DNA from: an uncultured virus (IMG/VR IMGVR_UViG_3300035670_013234)
Lineage: Duplodnaviria; Heunggongvirae; Uroviricota; Caudoviricetes
Length of the DNA stretch: 64,000 nt
Reading direction: 5' to 3' (one strand)
Virus record (IMG/VR): IMGVR_UViG_3300035670_013234
Within the stretch, counting starts at the first letter, position 1. Each line of letters opens with the position of its first letter. The translations under genes and the position numbers were made by a program. Shown here piece by piece: positions 18,794 to 28,694 of this stretch. The notes beneath the pieces were generated by a model that saw only the letters and a program-made list of their open reading frames with translations, was not told the origin of the DNA and did no database searches.

Positions 18794-19414
18794 CTATTTA
18801 GTTTTTAGCACTTCTTTGGCTCGGTTATAGTAAGCAGTACGCTCTTCGAGGCCATGTCGGCCGCCGTTTATCTTCTTAGTAACTGTAACTACATCATCTT
18901 CATCTGATGGTGTATTTAGATTTCGACTATTCCAGAACCAAATAGCTGACTTAATTGCCCCTTCGACAGTTTCCAGATACTCTGGGGTTTCGATTAGATT
19001 GACCCCAAGACCCTTTCCGCAATTAGTATAGTTTTCTTTACCAGTGAGCTGAATATAGCCTCGACCTCGGAACTTCCAACCTTCGCCAGATTCAGTTGGC
19101 CCATTACCCATTCGACTAGCATATATCTTATTTGCTATTTTTTCTGGCTGGCGATGATACTGCGCTGCTATAGCTGGATCTTTATCGAAATATTTACCGA
19201 ATAAAGAAAGCAAAGCCTCTTTGCTATAGTTTAGATTTTCTAACTTCCTAGTAAATCCAGTGGACTCATGGGCGCATTGAGCAATAAACATAGCCATTCT
19301 GCGCTCGTTGGGAGCATCCTTAAATGCTGCATTTATTTCATTAACAATGGTATCAATCTCAACTACTATCTCAACAGCAGGTACGATTTTGTAGAGTTTA
19401 TCTTTGGTTAGCAT
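18794..19414 (-). CDS. GH19 endolysin
   Basis: FIAQCAHES, ENLNYS, FRGRGYIQLTGKENY, TKKINGG. Confidence 0.9.
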   Translation of the reverse strand: MLTKDKLYKIVPAVEIVVEIDTIVNEINAAFKDAPNERRMAMFIAQCAHESTGFTRKLENLNYSKEALLSLFGKYFDKDPAIAAQYHRQPEKIANKIYASRMGNGPTESGEGWKFRGRGYIQLTGKENYTNCGKGLGVNLIETPEYLETVEGAIKSAIWFWNSRNLNTPSDEDDVVTVTKKINGGRHGLEERTAYYNRAKEVLKTK

Positions 19415-20649
19415 CAAGTGACCTCTTCCCAATTAATAGAGGAACATACGTTTGGATTATTTGTTGTTGTTGTTATTGCAATAATAAATTCTCTGGAAAA
19501 TCCAGTAAATGGATTTCGCTCTAGCTGATATTTAAATGGCACATCAACCTGTCCTGTCGCTCCAGCAACTTGGTTTGTTGATGCAATATATCCAGCTTCA
19601 TGTATAGTATTACCAACATTGACAGAACTTGCTGTTAAATTATATTCAACAATACTATCATCTCCTCTACTTTGCCAAGTGCCACCAATCGTTTCTCCTG
19701 ATATAATAAAGTATTTAAAGTTGCCAGCAGTAAGAGAAAAAATCTGGAATGTTTTTGGAGTAACAATACCATTTATATTATTAGATTTTAACCGAATTGA
19801 TACCAAAGGATATAGTGTGTTTGTTGAGCTTAAAGTTTTACCGCCATCTAACTCATGGCCAACGCTTCTTGGTCTACCTCGCAATTCGTATCCACCCTCA
19901 GATAATACAGTACTACAAATTAAAGTCATTGATCCTGCACCACCAATACTTTCAATTTCAGACCTTAATGGCAAACATGCAGTTTTCATATACGGTAACG
20001 CTGTGTTATTATTAGCAGAAGAATCTCTATTGGCATGATGAAATTTATGCACCACATGAAATTCTCCGTCAATAACAAATCCGCATCTAACTGTACCAAC
20101 TCCAAGCCATTCATAATCCATAAACCAAATTTGTACATTGTTTAGATTAAGGGTGATTCCACTTGGATTTGTTGTATTTGCTGCGCCATCTAGACGATCA
20201 ACATTCCAAGAAGTTTTTGGAACTCTAACTTCTTGAATTGTTCCTGATACAGAACTTCTTTTGACAATATTAATTGTTCCATCATTCTTTTCTAGAAATA
20301 CCCCATCATCATTATTATAGTATCCAATTCTTTGAATTATATTACTAGAGTTGCTAAAATGGAATGTTCTCATAACAAGCAAACTTTTCCCAGGCTGGTA
20401 TGCAAATACTTTATTTGTTTCTCGGATTACTTTATCGCCTGTGGTAGCTACAGTAATATTCAACGTTGCTGAATTTGCATCGTATATTGATGTACCGCTA
20501 CCAGAAACTGATTGAGCAAAATTTCTATCTGGAAAAAATCTTTGTGAACTATCAAACAAGGTTAATGGAGTTGAAGTTCTTAACCTTCCAAACGAATCTA
20601 GATTTGGTGAATCGTCGTATCTAATTCTATCATCCAGTAAATATGTCAT
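19414..20649 (-). CDS. putative virion structural protein
   Basis: Beta-rich; DSFGRLRTS..TLFDS, YQPGKS, DYEWLGVG. Confidence 0.55.
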   Translation of the reverse strand: MTYLLDDRIRYDDSPNLDSFGRLRTSTPLTLFDSSQRFFPDRNFAQSVSGSGTSIYDANSATLNITVATTGDKVIRETNKVFAYQPGKSLLVMRTFHFSNSSNIIQRIGYYNNDDGVFLEKNDGTINIVKRSSVSGTIQEVRVPKTSWNVDRLDGAANTTNPSGITLNLNNVQIWFMDYEWLGVGTVRCGFVIDGEFHVVHKFHHANRDSSANNNTALPYMKTACLPLRSEIESIGGAGSMTLICSTVLSEGGYELRGRPRSVGHELDGGKTLSSTNTLYPLVSIRLKSNNINGIVTPKTFQIFSLTAGNFKYFIISGETIGGTWQSRGDDSIVEYNLTASSVNVGNTIHEAGYIASTNQVAGATGQVDVPFKYQLERNPFTGFSREFIIAITTTTNNPNVCSSINWEEVT

Positions 20650-21365
20650 TATACTATTCTCCACCCATTTCTGTATAGAAGCTGCACTGCTCCGTTGTTG
20701 ATTCGAATTTCTGCCCCTTCTGGATCGTTGTCTATGTTACCAACAATCTTGATTGGATTTAATTGAGCAAATCCAGATTCATCTTTAATGATTACCATCT
20801 TACCGTTTATTACTGTTGTTGGTAATGTTATTGTTGTATATGAAGCATTGTTTACTCCAACATAACAGTCGCCTTCAAGTACAATATAATTGTTGGATGT
20901 AACATAGGTTGTAGTATGTTCGGTAAGGCGAAATGCGCCATCAACCCAACGCATGGTTCTGCCTTCGCCATAAGAAGTTCTATCGAAATCGTCAGTATCA
21001 TTAATGCGAACTACACCAGTTCCGCCGCCTCCCCAAGACAACGTACCCATGCGCTGGACAAGTTCGGCAATTTGCTTTCGTATTCCGTCTAGTTCTGCTT
21101 TTTGGAAATCTGGTAGTTCGTTCTTGGCAAACTTAGGGCTAGAAATTGCATTGACAGTTTGCTGTACAATATCAGCTTTCTTTGGTGGTTCAAATGCTGG
21201 TGGTGCAGGTGGAATTTCTTCTTTGAGTATTTGTATCTGTGGCTTCTTGAATAGTCTTGAGTTTAATTCTTCTTCGAGTCTAATTGATTCTTCGAGTTTA
21301 AGATCTGGCTGGCCCATATTGCGAGCCATCCTTGCCAGCATCTTTTTCTCATCAAGATTTTTCAT
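20649..21365 (-). CDS. hypothetical protein (possible tail/virion-associated)
   Basis: GGGGTG linker then beta-rich C-terminal ITLP...IIKDESG. Confidence 0.6.
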   Translation of the reverse strand: MKNLDEKKMLARMARNMGQPDLKLEESIRLEEELNSRLFKKPQIQILKEEIPPAPPAFEPPKKADIVQQTVNAISSPKFAKNELPDFQKAELDGIRKQIAELVQRMGTLSWGGGGTGVVRINDTDDFDRTSYGEGRTMRWVDGAFRLTEHTTTYVTSNNYIVLEGDCYVGVNNASYTTITLPTTVINGKMVIIKDESGFAQLNPIKIVGNIDNDPEGAEIRINNGAVQLLYRNGWRIV

Positions 21366-21522
21366 AATACTTGCTCGAAGCTGCTATTGCCATCATTAAC
21401 CACATAAACCACATTTGGCCTGTTACTTGTGTTGTGCCGCAGAAACCAGAATTTCCATAGAAATATTCATAGATTGCAAACACTAAGAATAGTGGAGTCC
21501 AAACGTACTTACTTGCTGCCAT
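21352..21522 (-). CDS. small membrane protein (56 aa, not in track)
   Basis: Hand translation MAASKYVWTPLFLVFAIYEY...MWFMWLMMAIAA; fills the gap with short overlaps. Confidence 0.5.
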   Translation of the reverse strand: MAASKYVWTPLFLVFAIYEYFYGNSGFCGTTQVTGQMWFMWLMMAIAASSKYYEKS

Positions 21523-21832
21523 ATTTCAAATAAACCATAGCGCCAGTTTTTTCGTTTTGAAGGATGATTGATTCTGCCCAGTTTGTTCTAGCATACTCAC
21601 GGATCTCTTCAGCCACATCGCAACCATCAAGATACTTGGTGAAATGTTCATACTTTCTTTTGCCCAACAGAGCTTTGTAGTAAGTATCCTCATCAACAAC
21701 CCACATTGCTCTACCAGCAAATCTGCTTTTCTTCGATCTCTTTCTTACTGGTGGCGTGTCAGGAGGAAGTCCAGCAATATTGCCAGAACCCGCTGAATTT
21801 ACTACATTTTCATTTGTCTTTTTTTCTTGCAT
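21509..21832 (-). CDS. hypothetical T4-like phage protein
   Basis: NSAGSGNIAGL, IILQNEKTGAMVYL. Confidence 0.7.
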   Translation of the reverse strand: MQEKKTNENVVNSAGSGNIAGLPPDTPPVRKRSKKSRFAGRAMWVVDEDTYYKALLGKRKYEHFTKYLDGCDVAEEIREYARTNWAESIILQNEKTGAMVYLKYGSK

Positions 21833-21861
21833 CGGTTATAATAACTGTGTGGTTTGTTGAG

Positions 21862-22248
21862 TTAAATATTTCTTAATAACTTAGCTATATGCATATCAAC
21901 TGGTATATCACTAGAAACTATATCTTCACCTCTAATACCAGTAACTATGCTCGGCATATAATTTAGATATATCAAGAAAGTCTTAAGACTACTGTAATCC
22001 AATTCATTGATCTTAAAGAACAAGATACGAGTCCCTGCCTCCGCGCCAAATGTATTGTATATCATATTTAAGTGATTCAAAATCAAATTTAGTTTTATCT
22101 CTCCTGTCGTTCTGTATCTTTGCAGTAGTCTTTTGGTATACTGAAATAATCTATAGTCTTCCTGAAACTCACTATGCAAATAATTCAATCCTTCGTAGGA
22201 TTTTACTGCATAGATTAATATGTTGTCATTAGTTAAATTAACAAACAT
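21862..22248 (-). CDS. conserved hypothetical protein of T4-like phages
   Basis: LTNDNILIYA..Y, LILNHL...N.FG, LKTFLIYLN. Confidence 0.75.
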   Translation of the reverse strand: MFVNLTNDNILIYAVKSYEGLNYLHSEFQEDYRLFQYTKRLLQRYRTTGEIKLNLILNHLNMIYNTFGAEAGTRILFFKINELDYSSLKTFLIYLNYMPSIVTGIRGEDIVSSDIPVDMHIAKLLRNI

Positions 22249-22251
22249 GCA

Positions 22252-22704
22252 TTAGGCATACTCGGCATCATTGCCGCTGTCGTCGTCTCTTCTTGCTGGC
22301 GGAATCCAGCGCCTTGGTTCTGCTTCTGTCGGTTCCATTGCTGTCATTTCAGCTGACATAAGATCGTCAAGGTCTGCTCTGTTGACAATCTGAGCATAAC
22401 CTTCGACGCCTTCTTCTTCAGTGCTATGGACCAAATACAGGTATAACCCAGATTCACCTAGAGCATATGCTGACTCAGCGTCAAGAGCTAGGAGTGGCAT
22501 TTCGTATCCAGGTGGCAACTTAATACCAAACCGCTCAAGTGTACTACGAACAGCATTAACAAATACTGGAGCGTTAATAAAAGGTTTTTCAGTTACTTGA
22601 TCTAGCTCAGCATTAATTGCCTCGACTTGAATCAGCGCCTGTTCAGGCACATCATCAATTACCATATCTTCCTGTTCAGCAATAAACTCTTTGAACTTCA
22701 GCAT
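22252..22704 (-). CDS. acidic protein, putative internal head protein
   Basis: N-terminus MLKFKEFIAE resembles the T4 IP capsid-targeting sequence. Confidence 0.6.
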   Translation of the reverse strand: MLKFKEFIAEQEDMVIDDVPEQALIQVEAINAELDQVTEKPFINAPVFVNAVRSTLERFGIKLPPGYEMPLLALDAESAYALGESGLYLYLVHSTEEEGVEGYAQIVNRADLDDLMSAEMTAMEPTEAEPRRWIPPARRDDDSGNDAEYA

Positions 22705-22706
22705 TG

Positions 22707-24473
22707 TTATACCTGTACGTTTGGAGTATTGTCTGTGTCATCATGAGTAGGGGCAGGTGAAGGATGCGCCTTCAGATCAACTTCAAGAGTAGGCTTTCGA
22801 TCGATCTTATTGGTTACGCCTCGCTTTGACGCAAGAACTTTATCGGCAACCTTCTTGGCCTTCTCTTCTTTCATTGGTTTTAGTGCAGGCTTTTTCTCAT
22901 CTTTCTTCTTTTGCTTTGACTTTTTCTCAGCTCTAGCCATTAGCCAGCTGCCAACAATATTGCCAGGAGTTTTTGCTTCTTGCAATTTCTTTTTCATGAT
23001 TGCTTTCTTGACTGCAGCTCGACGATTGTGGAGATACATGTCAGTCTTATCAACATCTTTGTCATTGTCAATATCAGAAGTTTCCTTGCCAACTTTATCT
23101 AACCCTTCGGCCATAGCTGGCTTGGCTGCAATTTTCTTTCCAGCCGCTGCAAGTTTCTTGAGCATATCAAGTTTATCGTTCTTTACTGGCGGTTTGGCTT
23201 TGTTCTGACGTGCCATTATTGCAAGACCACGCCCACCAACCTTACGATCTTGTTCTGGATCTGGATGCCAGTAATCGCCCCTTTCATCGATTTGCTCTGC
23301 TTCCTCTAGTTCAACTTCTTCTTTAGCAAGTTTATCCACAGCTTTGTTTATACCCTTTTGCCTTTTTGCATATCTTTTGCCGTGGAATTCTGCATTAGCA
23401 ATATCCTTGGTAGTTGCAGCTGTCATCAAGGAAGTGGCTAATTGCGGAGCAGCTTTCTTAACATAAGACCCTAAAGTTTTTTTCGAGATCTCATCCATCT
23501 GCTCGACTTCTTCTTTGTTTAAATATTTTGCCAACCGTCTTTGGTCCAAATAAGATTTATGTGCACGAACGGCTTTACTGTATCTTTTCATTCTTTTAAA
23601 TCCTATCGGCGGTTTTCCAGCACGATCACCCCATTCATCAGAGTCGTGTCGTAAATGCTTCTTTTTTACAGTGTCTATGTAATCATAACGGGCGTCTGGA
23701 TTATTTTTTATTCCAGTAAGTTCATCAATCTGCTCGACTTCTTCTTTAACACTATACGTCGTGCTCTTCATTCCGCTTCTTGGATTAGTGTATTCACGGC
23801 GATATACTTTTCCGCCATGCTTCTTAGCGTGAGCAAAAGCATCTTTCTTATTATCAAACATATTTGACGGTGGCTTGATCATTGGTGACGCTTCTTCTTT
23901 CTTCATCTTAGCGATTTCGTCGCCAGTCTTGCCGCCATACTTCTTCATTAAGCTATCCATCTGCTTCTTTTTATCAATATTAGCCTTGACTTTTGCAGCA
24001 AGTTTTGGATCAGCACGAAGCATCCAGCCTACGCCAGCCCCAGTTTGTTCTTTCATTTCTCTTTTCCTCTTAGCTTCTGCAGCTTCTCTTTCTTCTTTTT
24101 CTTTTTGCTTGAGATATTCAGCAACACTCAGTGTTTTAACCTCTCCAGCACCCCTTCGACCCAGAACATCAGTGGCTTTATCTTTTTCGCCACCAAAATC
24201 AAATCCACCTCCATGTTCACCGCCAACACCAGTACCTTTGGTGGCGCCATAGGCTTTAAGGCTCATTTGCTTCCTTCTTTCAGTTGCAACTTCGCCTTTT
24301 TCTTTTGCCTTCTTTCTTTGATACATCACATGCCAAGTTTCTTTATCTTGACCTGTGCTTTTTAACAGACGCTGAAACTCAGGCTTATGCCCGTGTTTAT
24401 CAGTCAATCTTTTCTTTAATGCAGCTGACCCTTTTGTCAGTACTGCCATCCAGGCTCTAGTGTTCTCAGCCAT
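22707..24473 (-). CDS. Lys/Glu-rich modular protein, putative internal head protein
   Basis: Repeated KEEVEQ(I/M)DE linkers; DIDNDKDVD motif. Confidence 0.6.
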   Translation of the reverse strand: MAENTRAWMAVLTKGSAALKKRLTDKHGHKPEFQRLLKSTGQDKETWHVMYQRKKAKEKGEVATERRKQMSLKAYGATKGTGVGGEHGGGFDFGGEKDKATDVLGRRGAGEVKTLSVAEYLKQKEKEEREAAEAKRKREMKEQTGAGVGWMLRADPKLAAKVKANIDKKKQMDSLMKKYGGKTGDEIAKMKKEEASPMIKPPSNMFDNKKDAFAHAKKHGGKVYRREYTNPRSGMKSTTYSVKEEVEQIDELTGIKNNPDARYDYIDTVKKKHLRHDSDEWGDRAGKPPIGFKRMKRYSKAVRAHKSYLDQRRLAKYLNKEEVEQMDEISKKTLGSYVKKAAPQLATSLMTAATTKDIANAEFHGKRYAKRQKGINKAVDKLAKEEVELEEAEQIDERGDYWHPDPEQDRKVGGRGLAIMARQNKAKPPVKNDKLDMLKKLAAAGKKIAAKPAMAEGLDKVGKETSDIDNDKDVDKTDMYLHNRRAAVKKAIMKKKLQEAKTPGNIVGSWLMARAEKKSKQKKKDEKKPALKPMKEEKAKKVADKVLASKRGVTNKIDRKPTLEVDLKAHPSPAPTHDDTDNTPNVQV

Positions 24474-24738
24474 CTGTTTCTGTTATCCTTACTACTAATT
24501 TATTTGATCCGCGTTTAACTCGATGATATGTATTGGCTGGGATTAGCAACATATCACCTGCAGTCAATGGTATAGGTAAACAGTTATCAAGCTGAAACTC
24601 CCAACCTTCTCCAGCCAAAACTTCGACGACTCTATCCTTCATGTCTTTATGCCAAGTCAGTTCTTCTGTCTTGACGGATTCAGAGAAAGATCGAATCTTC
24701 TGATAACTATTTATTTTCTGCTCAACAAATGGATACAT
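24466..24738 (-). CDS. cupin-fold protein
   Basis: WHKD...IPANTYHRVKRG. Confidence 0.7.
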   Translation of the reverse strand: MYPFVEQKINSYQKIRSFSESVKTEELTWHKDMKDRVVEVLAGEGWEFQLDNCLPIPLTAGDMLLIPANTYHRVKRGSNKLVVRITETDG

Positions 24739-24740
24739 AC

Positions 24741-26705
24741 TTACCACCAAAGCTGCCCAGACTTACTAAAGAATCTGGGCCAACGACAAGCCCAATATCC
24801 TGCTGTGGTTTTATCATTATTGCTTAGACACCCATGGCGAGCAATGAAACTCTTGACAGCCTCTGGATTGTTATACTTCTTTTGCATACCTGATTTGCTA
24901 AAGCTGATCTTGCGAATCTTTCCGCCATCTCTCACATATACAGCTCCGCCTTCGCCATCTCTCCATGGCTTACCGATTCCCTTTCCTTTGGTTGGATCAG
25001 AATCTTCTTCATTCAGCGGATAGTCAAGTGGAACTTGCTTACCTTCATATTCAGCAAACTCGCCAACATCGCTCTTGAGCATATCTTCTTCCCACTCATC
25101 AGCAGGCTTATATTTCTGCTCAGCATAAAGAGCCTTGGCTTCGCGAATTAACTCGAAGAACTTATCGCTTCCTGGGCGGAATACGTTCTCAGTAATTGGA
25201 GTCTTGGTATTGAGATGATATTCCATAGCCTCAGAAATGGTAGCTTCCTTGAGCTGGACATACTTACCAAAACTTAATCTCTCCTGCACCATAGGATTAC
25301 CAGGAGCCATAAACTCTTGGCCAGTAATCTGAGCGTTCAAGTCTGTTTTCGGCTTGTTGAGTTTCGTCTTGTCTTTTTTCGTTTTGAGGGTGGGGGTTGT
25401 ATCAACAGTCTGGCCAGGGGTAGCATTAGCATAAGCAATCCTAGCTTCATCAGTTCCTTCTTCGTATGCTTCTTTAACTGGAACACAGTTTGGAACAGTT
25501 CTTCCATTTTTCTTTTTCAACCCTACTGCAGTATAACCTTTCCAACAGGCTTTCTTCAGATCGCCCGTTGGCTCTTTGACTTCTTGCATCTTTTGTTTAT
25601 GCTTAGGATTACGACGATATTTCATCTTATCCTTTTCAATCTTTGGCTTGTTGAATTTGTATAAATTTTTAGCCACTGGATTCTTGGCTTCGCCCATTAC
25701 ATACCCATTGTCGATCATGAATTCCAGAGTATTTTTAATCTGCTCTTGGAACATCAGAAGCTCAAACTGAGAGGCTTCGTTGAGATTCATTGTGTTCTTG
25801 AAGTTGAATGAATTCTCAAGCACTCCAACAATCTTTTCGCTATCGAGCCACTTACGAATTCGAACAGACTCTTCGAGTGGGCGCTCGCGCTGAGCATTTC
25901 TTTCGCGGCTGACTTTATTGGTTACAGTGACAACTATGTGAGAGAAGTCATAGCCTTCCAGAATAGCCTTGGCTGTTTCGATCTTATCCAACTCAGCTCC
26001 GCAGTTAATTAGAATATTATCTTCGGAGATTTCAGTTGGATACTTGAGCAGCTGATCAATCTGAATCTCGTTCAGATCAAACTTACTGAGGATATTATTG
26101 ATAACGTAATCCTTTCCGCTGCCTGGACCGCCAACAATAAAGGTGGCTCTTTTAGCTTCGATTTCTTCTGACATGGCTTTTTTTACCTTATCGTGGAGCT
26201 CGGCTCCTAGTTTTTTATCGCTATAGTGGCTAATAAACTCATCTCTCTTTCCTGAAGATACGAGTCCCCTCATCTTCGAAGCTGACATCCCTTCAGCCCC
26301 TTCGGCATCAGGATCGCGATGTCCTGCGCTTTTAACGTGAATCTTTTTGAATTTGTATTCTTTGCCGTTGTAATCATTGAGAAGTTTCTTAAACCCTTCA
26401 ACTCTATCTGAGCCTGCAATCATTGTGACATGCGTGTGACCCTGTTTCTCGAGGTGTTTCATTGCATCAATAACAGTCTTGTGCTCGCCACCGACTACAT
26501 TGGCACCCTTGAACATCTTTCGCATTGCCCCAGTTTTATCTGAGTGACTCAGCGGATTCTTTTTCTTATCCTGAGAATGAGAGGCAAAGACATAGTGCTT
26601 TCCGCCTTCACTCTCTGCATGAGACTGAACAGCTGAAACTAGTTTGCCATGCCCACTTTCTGTTGGTGGGTTGAACCTGCCAAAGGCGAACGTTGCTTTA
26701 CTCAT
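24741..26705 (-). CDS. multidomain cytidyltransferase-like protein with P-loop domain
   Basis: FGRFNPPT..GH, AGSDR, GMSASKMR; GGPGSGKD; CWKGY..PNCV; SFIARH.C..YWACRW. Confidence 0.75.
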   Translation of the reverse strand: MSKATFAFGRFNPPTESGHGKLVSAVQSHAESEGGKHYVFASHSQDKKKNPLSHSDKTGAMRKMFKGANVVGGEHKTVIDAMKHLEKQGHTHVTMIAGSDRVEGFKKLLNDYNGKEYKFKKIHVKSAGHRDPDAEGAEGMSASKMRGLVSSGKRDEFISHYSDKKLGAELHDKVKKAMSEEIEAKRATFIVGGPGSGKDYVINNILSKFDLNEIQIDQLLKYPTEISEDNILINCGAELDKIETAKAILEGYDFSHIVVTVTNKVSRERNAQRERPLEESVRIRKWLDSEKIVGVLENSFNFKNTMNLNEASQFELLMFQEQIKNTLEFMIDNGYVMGEAKNPVAKNLYKFNKPKIEKDKMKYRRNPKHKQKMQEVKEPTGDLKKACWKGYTAVGLKKKNGRTVPNCVPVKEAYEEGTDEARIAYANATPGQTVDTTPTLKTKKDKTKLNKPKTDLNAQITGQEFMAPGNPMVQERLSFGKYVQLKEATISEAMEYHLNTKTPITENVFRPGSDKFFELIREAKALYAEQKYKPADEWEEDMLKSDVGEFAEYEGKQVPLDYPLNEEDSDPTKGKGIGKPWRDGEGGAVYVRDGGKIRKISFSKSGMQKKYNNPEAVKSFIARHGCLSNNDKTTAGYWACRWPRFFSKSGQLWW

Positions 26706-27892
26706 TATTGGTTTGCTCTGATTGCTTTGATACCACCACCGACTCTATTAGCTGCTGCGAATCCAGATGGAGAACGATCAACTAACTTAGTCGGCATATT
26801 ATTTAGAACTGCTACATGGCCCTCTGGACCAGTTGGACGACCATCAATACTGTGTTCGAACTTATCGCCTTTGCCTGACGATAAGCTCTTGACCAGTTCT
26901 TGTTTGGCCTGTTGAATATGATGGTGGATTGCAAAGGTACGATTGAAGTTTTCTTTATTGTCAGCGATATGGCTAAGTGCGCTTTGTGTTTCGCCAGCTG
27001 CCTTGGCCTTACCTTTCTCAGACTTTAGTTTACCTTCAGCAGCTGACATCTTCGACTGCACATGTGCCTTGAATCCCTCATAACTTGGCTTTTCGTTAGA
27101 AGTCACAAGGCTATTGATATAGGTCTTAACATGCGGTAGATGAGGAGTAACGTGAGAATAGTCATGACCTTGGTTTAGTTTCTTAGCCTGATCTAGATGC
27201 GCTTTAAACTTTGACTTAGCTTCATCGCCATACTCTGGATTGTTATCCATAGCAACGTCAATAACATGGACGTCTTTATGGCCTTTAAACGCTGAGGTTC
27301 CAGGGGCAAACTGGGCTTTCATGCTCTCTAGGTCTTTGCCCTTATACTCTGTGTGGACTGCAACACCAACCTTGGCGTTCTTTATCTTCTTACCTTCGGC
27401 TGAGTCTTTGGGCGTCGAATAGGTTATGGTGTTGGGCTTGAAATGATATTTACCTTCTCGCTCTTCAACATCATCCTTGGTATACATCATATCGCCCTGA
27501 TACACTTTACCCTTTGGAGTTACCTTGGGTAGATGCTCAAGAGCTTGGGAGAGTTTGCTAACTAGACCAGGAGCATGGCCATGGTTCTTTTCAATATCAG
27601 CTTTGGTGTAGTTTAGCTTGGGGTTCTTGTTAAAGGCAGACTTGGAAGCGACGAAGAACTTGCCATTGGCTGGATTAGTTCCAAATACAATGGATGGTGC
27701 TCCGTCGTATTTTGTTGTTATCTTAACAGATGACTTCTTACCAGAGAGGGCTTTGTGTGTGCCTTCGAGGGTTTTAATCGCATGACTAAACCCTTCTTTG
27801 CCTGCATTAATTACATGGTCTTCGGCATGCTCAAGGTGTTTGAGCTTTTCAGTAGCCAATGATTCGGAAATGTACTGTAAAAATCCTAGCAT
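26705..27892 (-). CDS. conserved T4-like phage protein (DUF6267-like)
   Basis: HLEHAED, TKYDGAPS, QGDMMY, FKPNTITY, PEG, KLVDR; next to the cytidyltransferase. Confidence 0.7.
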   Translation of the reverse strand: MLGFLQYISESLATEKLKHLEHAEDHVINAGKEGFSHAIKTLEGTHKALSGKKSSVKITTKYDGAPSIVFGTNPANGKFFVASKSAFNKNPKLNYTKADIEKNHGHAPGLVSKLSQALEHLPKVTPKGKVYQGDMMYTKDDVEEREGKYHFKPNTITYSTPKDSAEGKKIKNAKVGVAVHTEYKGKDLESMKAQFAPGTSAFKGHKDVHVIDVAMDNNPEYGDEAKSKFKAHLDQAKKLNQGHDYSHVTPHLPHVKTYINSLVTSNEKPSYEGFKAHVQSKMSAAEGKLKSEKGKAKAAGETQSALSHIADNKENFNRTFAIHHHIQQAKQELVKSLSSGKGDKFEHSIDGRPTGPEGHVAVLNNMPTKLVDRSPSGFAAANRVGGGIKAIRANQ

Positions 27893-27921
27893 TATCCACC
27901 CTATGGGATATATTTCTAGGG

Positions 27922-27929
27922 TATTTATA
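27922..27929 (-). promoter_or_regulatory. T4-type late promoter TATAAATA
   Basis: Exact consensus, intergenic, about 30 nt before the start of the late cluster. Confidence 0.75.
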
Positions 27930-27934
27930 TAAGT

Positions 27935-28687
27935 TTAACGTTTGATTGATTTACGTTTCTCAATTAGATCAAGAACTGATGCATCATTTTCTTGTTCTTT
28001 AGTAGGAACAAAGAGAGCTCTGAATCGATCACAAACGGTTTCAGATGGACTCTGGACATAATAGATAGCCAGAGTCTTGCGAAAATGATCTTCGGGGCAC
28101 TTCAAAGGTTCTGGTAAACCATGCCATGAGTGTTGGGTAGTATCGAATATCACAGCTCGATTAAACTTCAAATCATACTTCTTAACCATTTCTTTTGGTT
28201 TATTCGTTTCCTCATTGTGCGACCAGAACTCAATACCACCGCCCCATTCTGGCTTCCAGTTTTGCGATAGATGGATAATTATGTTTAGTTTGCGTTCGTA
28301 TGGAATTTTTGGGTGGATGCTATAGTCTTGATGGATATTCAGCTTCCCACCTTTACCATGCATATGCCAACCGCCACCGTTGAGACCATAGTCAGCTCGA
28401 AGGGTTAGATCGAATCGTTTTTCGAGAACGCTATTAAACTCTCTAGAGCATAAAGCCCAGAATGCTCGATATGTTGCAGGAGGAAACCTATCCCAAGAAT
28501 TACAGGTCCGCTTTACTTCTATTGGACTGTCATAGGTATACCAAACTTCACTATCGTATGCTGGGAATTCGGTAGTTAAAAGTTCAGCATACGTTTGATC
28601 GAAGAAATCATCAATCACCAAATGATCAAAAGGCTCATGACAAATTTCTGTTTCTAATAATTTATCAATCGTATCACGATTTAGCAT
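27935..28687 (-). CDS. 2OG-Fe(II) oxygenase
   Basis: PFDHLVIDDF, IHQD, WGG, FNRAVIF, SWHG, RKTLAIYY. Confidence 0.85.
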   Translation of the reverse strand: MLNRDTIDKLLETEICHEPFDHLVIDDFFDQTYAELLTTEFPAYDSEVWYTYDSPIEVKRTCNSWDRFPPATYRAFWALCSREFNSVLEKRFDLTLRADYGLNGGGWHMHGKGGKLNIHQDYSIHPKIPYERKLNIIIHLSQNWKPEWGGGIEFWSHNEETNKPKEMVKKYDLKFNRAVIFDTTQHSWHGLPEPLKCPEDHFRKTLAIYYVQSPSETVCDRFRALFVPTKEQENDASVLDLIEKRKSIKR

Positions 28688-28694
28688 AAAACCT

